From assembly GCA_951406725.2 (NCBI GenBank), contig OX597828.1:53010001-53074000 (forward strand): DNA of 64,000 nucleotides, written 5' to 3'. This document shows, one piece after another, positions 56,398 through 64,000 of this stretch. The stretch's first letter is position 1. Every line of letters starts with the position of its first letter. Source of the stretch: Octopus vulgaris. Taxonomy: Eukaryota. The notes under the pieces were generated by a model. The model searched no databases. It was not told where the DNA came from and saw nothing but the letters and a program-made list of their open reading frames with translations. A program made the translations under genes and the position numbers.

Positions 56398-56439
56398 GCC
56401 ACCACCACCATCACTATCATAATCATTATCACAATGATG

Positions 56440-56476
<37 letters not shown>

Positions 56477-56650
56477 ACACCACCACTATTACAACTACCA
56501 CCACCACTGCTACTACTACTACTACCACTACCGCGTTCATCACAACCATCACTACAACTATCTCCACAATCATCATCACTACAACTACTACCACCACCAA
56601 CACCACCATCACGATGTAGACCACCATTACTATTACTACTACTACACCAT
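56398..56650. repeat. (ACC/ACT/ATC)n trinucleotide low-complexity tract
   Basis: Directly visible; yields poly-Thr/poly-Val pseudo-ORFs. Confidence 0.9.
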
Positions 56651-57389
56651 AAGTCCAAGAAAGTTCCATCTGCTAAGTTCGTTTCACCATCTCCATCTGT
56701 ATATCTCACTCCCCCCCCACCAACACCCATCACCCTCATTCTCTACTCACCCGGCACCGCTATTGCAGACCCCTACTACGAAGAGACCCTGCCATTCCAG
56801 ACCCCAGCCGAAAACAAGACCCCTGCTATTCCATGAGCCTTCATTCTTCAAAGGGGCTCTATTGTTGTTTTTCCACCTACAAACAGCGGACACTACAAAC
56901 GTGTGTGCGTGAGAGAGAAAGAGAGAGAGAGAGAGAGAGGGCTGAGGTGCTGAATATCGTGTCATTGTATACACGTTTGAATGAATGCGAATGGCCTACG
57001 TGGTATTGTTATTGGGTTCGTATGTGTGAGGGACAGCATGCATCGTTTGTTGGCTGAACAACAATATTGTTGCCGCTGTTGTTGTTACTGTGTATTGGTT
57101 TATAAGAGAACACATAGTGAGACATAGTCTGTGTGCACGCACGTGTGTGTGTGTATGTGTACTTCTACAAGTGTGCTTTCGGGTGTGTATATGCCAGTGA
57201 TTGTCTAGGTATATGTACGTGTATGCGTGTGAGTTTATGAATGCACACATACACACTGCTTTCAAACCACATGGTTCCGGGTTCAGTCCCACTGCATGAC
57301 ATTTTTAGGAAAGCGTCTTCTACTATAGCCTCGCATCGAATCAAGCTTTCTGAGCGAATTTGGTTGACAGAAACTGAATGAGGCCCGTC

Positions 57390-57452
<63 letters not shown>

Positions 57453-57569
57453 TTAAAAAAATACAAACTGGGACAAGAACGTGAAACATTTAGAAGACGA
57501 CACAAAAACCACGGACGGGACATTCGAAGCCTTCAATCTTCAGTCAAGAACCGGATCATCTTCGTAATT

Positions 57570-57622
<53 letters not shown>

Positions 57623-58813
57623 GAGGGGCTTCTTTGAGTTTCTGTCGACCAAATACGCTCAGAAAGCTTTATATATATACACACACACTCATGCACAGAA
57701 CTACATGCATCCATCTGTTACTATGTTCTTAGAGTTCCTTAGTTCCTTTTAGCCATTGTCAAAGGGTGTATGTTTACGTCTTTTGTCTTGATTGTTGGAC
57801 CAACCTCTATCTTCGACCATATACCATCCATTGGTTGTAGGGCAAACTCTGGCGATCAGTCGGTCAATAAAATTTTGCTCTCTCTATCTCATTTAGTGTC
57901 TATCTGTCTGTCCCTCCCTCCCTCTCTCTCTCTTTCTCTCTCTCTCTCTCCCTCAGTCCGTTTGTCTAGGGTGGGCGAAGGAGGAGGAGTTATCGGTCAG
58001 CAGGGGTTATTGCCGGGAACTAAAAGGAAGGCGGAGTTCGTTTGATGACAGGTGTAGCTGCCTCCTGTCTTCAGAGAAAAGCAGGGGTCCAGAGGCTACC
58101 CGAGCAAAACACACACACACACACACACACACAAATATATTGTATACACACGCGTGCAAATATACTGGAAAACAAAAGAGTGTCTGAAGCCAGCACCGCC
58201 GATTCACGATCGTTCTTTAGCAGACACACCAGTCCACATCTTTACCCACGCAACTACCACCACTATCACTACTACTACTGCTACTACTATTGCCACTCCG
58301 TCTCCACCATCCTCACTTGCTTCCAGATAGCGGTGCTGCTGCTGTACGTCTGTGTACCAATAGGTACAGAAGCGGGCTGCGTTGGTTAGGTCTTTGATCA
58401 TCACGCAGCGTCTTTTTGATCGACACACCGCCCGTCTGTGGTAGAGAACACGAAATTCGTCGGCCGTACGACCACGATGCAACGACCGAGTCTTTAAAGC
58501 AATGTTCTTTAATCATTCTTTTTTTTTACCTATGGATCCCTTTGATTCTTATTTTACTCAGCTGGCCCCCTCCTATAGCCATTCGATTTATATATGCATG
58601 CATGCATACATACATACATACATACATACATACATACATACATACATACATACATACATACACACATACATACACTTAATCAGCCGAAATTGCGAAGATG
58701 ATCCGGTTCTTGACTGAAGATTGAAGGCTTCGAATGTGTTTTTTGTGTCCGTGATTTTTGTGTCGTCTTCTAAATGTTTCACGTTCTTGTCCCAGTTTGT
58801 ATTTTTTTACTTT

Positions 58814-58869
<56 letters not shown>

Positions 58870-58870
<1 letters not shown>

Positions 58871-59490
58871 TCTTTACTCTTTTACTTGTTTCAGTCATTT
58901 GACTGTGGCCACGCTGGAGCACCGCATTTAGTCGAGCAAATCGACCCCAGGACTTATTCTTTGTAAGCCTAGTACTTATTCTATCGGTCTCTTTTGCCGA
59001 ACCGCTAAGTTACGAGGACGTAAACACACCAGCATCGGTTGTCAAGCGATGTTGTGGGGACTAACAGACATACAAACATTTCGCTCGGCGTGCTAACGTT
59101 TCTGCCAGCTCGCCGCCATAAAACGTGACAAAGTATTCTTTTCTACACTAGGCACAAAGCCTGAAATTTTATGGGAAGGGAACAGTCGATTAGATCGACC
59201 GCAGTACGCAACTGGTACTTAATTTATCGACTCCGAAGGGATGAAAGGCAAAGTCGTCTTCGGTGAAATTTGAATTCAGAACAAAAAGGCAGACGAAATA
59301 CCGCTAAGAGTTTCGCCCGGCGTGCTAATGTTTCTTATTTCTTTATTGCCCACAAGGGGCTAAACATAGAGGGGACAAACCAGGACAGACAAAGGGATCA
59401 AGTCGATTACATCGACCCCAGTGCGTAACTGGTACTTAATTTATCGACCCCTAAAGGATGAAAGTCAAAGTCAACCTCGGCGGAATTTGT
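58870..59490 (-). mobile_element. Cluster of a SINE A 3' half and two or more SINE B pieces (reverse)
   Basis: gtcgagcaaatcgaccccaggacttattc (family A), followed by repeated ggtacttaatttatcgacccc...gatgaaag..aaagtc (family B). Confidence 0.8.
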
Positions 59491-60464
59491 AGTGTGTATG
59501 TGCGTGTGTAGTTGTAGATAAACTAGGAGATTACGATTCTAGATAAGGTCCATCTTCTGCCCCCTTCCCACCATAAGACATCAGGTGACGTCTGTCAATT
59601 CGATTTCCATTCAATGCTAGGGGCATGTCCCGCCACTGAGTTCCACATACCAGCGTAGGTATGCACGCATTTATGTATTTATGAATGCATGCATATAAGC
59701 TCGTATGTATGTACACACACACACACACACACACTCACTCACACACACACACACACAAAGACAACCACAAACACACGCACATACATGTGCCAACTATTTG
59801 CGCCATTTATTTTCATCACCGTTCTTGACGTTCGCTAATATATTCCCAGCAACATTATGGTGTCGGTATTTCTACAAGGAATAATTGTTATGATTTTTGA
59901 TGGATAACCAAAGAGGGAAGAACATATCCACATCTCGTGTGTTATTTTTCCATATTCCTTTGTCGTACTTGTGTGAAATTTTTTAATTTTATATATGCAT
60001 ATATTTATATATATGCATATATTTATATATATATGCATATATTTATATATATGCATATATTTATTTATATGCGTATATTTATATATATATGTCCTGGTCA
60101 TTCTCTAACGTAGGTATTATAAATGTAGGCCTTATTGATGGCACTCAATGAAATGATCCAACGCAGAGTAAAATATCTCGCATTTAGTTACATGAAGCAG
60201 AGTATGATGTGTATGGATATCAAAAAGCACCTTCTCTATACGCACATTTATATTTCTTTCCCTCTCTTTCTCTCTCTATCTACCTATATATCTATCTATA
60301 TACATACATATATGTCAAGTTATTACTCAATAAATACAATTTCTACGGTATATATATATATATATATATATATAGTTATAGGTATGTATACTCACGCACA
60401 AAACGTTACAAATAGAGTGAAGGTGGAGAGACAGGGAAAGAGCTAATGAATGAAAAGAGTGATG

Positions 60465-60496
<32 letters not shown>

Positions 60497-60841
60497 GAAG
60501 CAGAGGGGCAGAGAAAACAAGAGAGAACTTAGTCTTTTACATATAGAAGTCTTTCCTCGTAGGTCTACTCTAGCAAAGCTGACCGGTTCCAAGCAAAACA
60601 AGAACATCTATAAACGTTTCCAACCAACGTGGAATCATTCTTTTTTTAGAAATTTACAGTATTTCTTCAATATTTCAGTATTTCTTTCAGTTTGGTATAT
60701 TCCACCATATTTGTCCTTACTTCCATACAGCATGCTATAAATAATGGCTATGTATGAAATACTACGACACTGTTAAAACTGTGTTTATGATAGCTTTTAG
60801 CGCTAATATAGCTATCCTCGTTCCCTTCCTCAATCGATCCG

Positions 60842-60993
<152 letters not shown>

Positions 60994-61218
60994 CCTATCA
61001 CAACATAATGTGTGTGCATATCTCCAATTTCGATTGTCGTATTTTATACAAAGTCTAAATATACGTTTCTCCTTCAACCCCTCTCTCTGTCAGTGCGCAC
61101 GCGTAATGGATTAGTTTTGAGTACGTTCGTGATATTTATCACACTGTCAGATCCTCGTTCCGGCATGGAAAAATAAATATCACTGACATTATATATGATC
61201 GCTCTTTTTTGCAGAACA

Positions 61219-61253
<35 letters not shown>

Positions 61254-61529
61254 TTATAAATCCATTCCAGCCTAAACCCACACGTATTTATATATGTATA
61301 TTCCGAAGCGTGTACATTGGATATTTTATATTGAATTTAAATCTTGGCGGTTTATAAGCCGCATGCTATCATTACCTACCGTCTAAAATGGCGGCCCTCT
61401 CTATTTGTTATAAGATCAATCATCTCAGCACACAGTTATATAACTGGTATATCATTAATCGTTTGACATGGTTCAGGGTTGTCCTGCATATAGAAAGAAA
61501 TGCCTTAAACCTTTTCTCGATCAGGACAC

Positions 61530-61606
<77 letters not shown>

Positions 61607-61773
61607 TACAGGAAACATATATACACCATTCTGCTTAAATAATGAAACAGCAAATACAATATCCTTACGTATCTCACGTCTGTTTTCATTTCTCCACTTC
61701 ACTCTGTATTTCATATCTTCTCTAGAATAACTGCTACATGTTCTCTGTAATAACTGCTACATGTTCTCGCACT

Positions 61774-61821
61774 GTCTCTGGTGAAGGGATTTATAAAATA
61801 TCCTGGAAACAGCTGTAAGAT
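61774..61821 (+). ncRNA. Type I hammerhead-like motif with CUGGUGA core
   Basis: gtct-CTGGTGA-agggat(ttataaaat)atcctg-GAA-ACAGCTGT-A-agat, with a palindromic stem III, a GUA triplet and a short stem I. Confidence 0.5.
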
Positions 61822-61881
61822 CTCTTTATAAATATTCTGAAAACTGTTCACAGTCTTGGATTTTTTTATATCATTCTGTTA

Positions 61882-61924
<43 letters not shown>

Positions 61925-63558
61925 GGAGTAAGCACATAAATGTGAAACAAGGTGAATAATAGAGTACTCAAATACCAGAGATAGAGTAATATGCTTTAGT
62001 TAAAAGCAACAGAAATAGAGAGAGAGAGAGAGAAAGAAGAGAGAGAGTGAAAGAGATGTACACATATATATGCAAACATATATTTACATATATATGGTAT
62101 TGTTGGTGAAAACGAAAGAAACACAAACTTTTCTTCATACAGTTGAGCCACGCACACACACACACACACACACACTCTGTCTTTCTCTCTTTGTCTCTCT
62201 CTCTCTCTCTCTCTCTTATTCACATTCACATATCGAAAGAGGAAGAGAGATACACGTATGTACACACACACACACAAACACACACATACATATATATATA
62301 CAAACAAACACGGGCTCGAAACGTCAAAGACTTTTTCATTTTTCATGAGCGTGAAACTAATACACCTGGCCTGTTGCTCCCTCACCTATCTATTCTGTTT
62401 TTGTTTTGTTTTAGGGGGTTTTTTTTTGGTGGGGGTGTACAGTTTTGGATCATATTCAAACACACACACACACGTGAGAGTGTGTGTATGTATATAATAT
62501 AGTAATATATTTCAAACGATTAATCATCGTCTTAGGAGTGTTGATTTTGCTGCTGCTCATGATGATGATGATGATAAGGAGGAGGAGGAGGGGGAGGGGA
62601 CGATGACGACGAAGATATTAAGAATGAGATTACTGGGAAAAATGATGAGGATAAGGGTGGAAGCAGAGAATTCCAATTTTGTCGTAAGAAGAATATTTCC
62701 TTTTTCTTCCGTCATCACCATCAACATGCCCCCACCATCAGCACCACCACCATCAACACCATCACCATCAACACCACCACCAACTCCACCACAACCTCCT
62801 ACACCACCAACATGACCAACACTACCACCACTACTACCACCACCACCACCACCAACATCAACAACAACAACAAACAAAATAAATATGGAAGTATTTAAAA
62901 GAAAAAGAAATAAAGCTAACAAATTTAACCCCACCCCTACCATACTCCGTTTAAAGTAAACTGAATTAAACAACAACAACAACAACAGACGAATGTAAGA
63001 AACAGTAAAAAAAAAAGAAAAGAAAAGAGATTATTTAAACAAAACAAATACAATCTGTAAAAGTCGTCTGCTTGTTTGACTTCAATATTTTGGCTGGAAG
63101 CCATTTCTTTGGTTCAACGAGCTTTTAATAAAGAAGTTAAACCAATCAAATTGACTCATCTAGGAAAGGCAAATAAATAAATAAATAAATACTTTAATAT
63201 GGTTGCTGTTATTGCTATCGTTTGTGTTGTTGTTGTCGTTGTTGTTGGGTGTGTATTGTTTTTGTTGGTTTTTTTTTTACTTTTCTTTTAAATTTTGTTT
63301 GTCTTATTCATTTTTGTTTGCCTACCTTGTTTGGTTTATAAACGGTGTCTTTTCATTATGACCTCCCACAATAACACCCTCCCTTATTAACAATAATGAG
63401 GTCTTTTTTCTCATTAGGGCGGCCCAATTTACACATATTACTGGTAGCAAAGGGGGAGTAAGCAAGACGACAAAACGAAAATATTGTAAAGAAAGCATTT
63501 AGTCATGCGCGTCATAGTATCATTCATCTATGTATCCTTGCAAAATATCACTGCAACC

Positions 63559-63594
<36 letters not shown>

Positions 63595-63604
63595 GGTTTC
63601 TAAT

Positions 63605-64000
63605 TTTGCCACAAGAGCAGCAATTATTAGGGAGGGAATGTGTCGATTGCATCGATTCCAGTGTTCATCTGGTACTTAATTTATCGACCCCGAAAGAATG
63701 AACGGTAAAGTCGACCTCGGCGGAATTTGAACTCAGAACGTAGCGACAGGCAAAATGCCACTAAGCTTTTTGCCAGGCGTGCTGACGATCCCGTCAGCTC
63801 GCCGCCTTCATAATAATATTAATAATAATAATAATCCTTTCTACTAGAAGGACAAGGCTTTGAATTTGGGGGAAGAGATTAAGTCGGTTACATCGAACCG
63901 AGTGCATAACTGATACTTATTTAATCGACCCCGAAAGGTTGAAAGGCGAAGTCGGAATTTGAACTCAGGACGTAAAGTCAGTAGAAATGTTGCTTAACAT
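63605..64000 (-). mobile_element. Two SINE family B copies (reverse)
   Basis: ttatcgaccccgaaag...gtcgacctcggcggaatttgaactcagaacg. Similar reverse copies lie at ~51625, 52350 and 53750. Confidence 0.8.

Noticed and set aside
56377-56739. Thr-, Val- or Ser/Gly-rich ORFs (mucin-like)
   Set aside because: A trinucleotide low-complexity tract that is open in several frames on both strands.
58423-58436. ACACACCGCCCGTC match to the universal SSU rRNA motif
   Set aside because: Only 14 nt, and the flanks do not resemble rRNA.

Overview
Animal genomic DNA, very probably an octopus (inferred from the extreme (TA)n/(CA)n/(TATG)n/(TATC)n microsatellite load and abundant tRNA-headed SINE families). Almost every ORF in the supplied track is an artefact of stop-free alternating purine/pyrimidine repeats. 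The only secure coding feature is a 190-nt + strand exon (13785-13974) encoding the first LIM domain of an Islet-class LIM-homeodomain factor (Isl1/2, tailup). A 30-nt exon-like segment at 2344-2373 would splice in frame to it (MEILA|[11 protein letters not shown]...). I could not find the LIM2 exon, so the last ~50 kb is probably one giant Islet intron. It holds SINEs, a complete non-autonomous Helitron, and hAT, RTE and RLE-type (R4/Dong-like) relics. The most interesting non-coding signals are three. (i) A ~1.4 kb almost spacerless imperfect palindrome lies ~1 kb downstream of the LIM1 exon and is a potential long dsRNA/ADAR substrate. (ii) Several minimal type-I hammerhead-ribozyme-like motifs have non-canonical cores (U3:A8 covariation; CUGGUGA), mostly in short (TA)n-associated, probably Penelope-derived inserts. 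(iii) Several short unique islands carry YY1, E-box or homeodomain motifs and may be intronic enhancers. Repeat boundaries are approximate (about +/-10-20 nt) because everything was read by eye.
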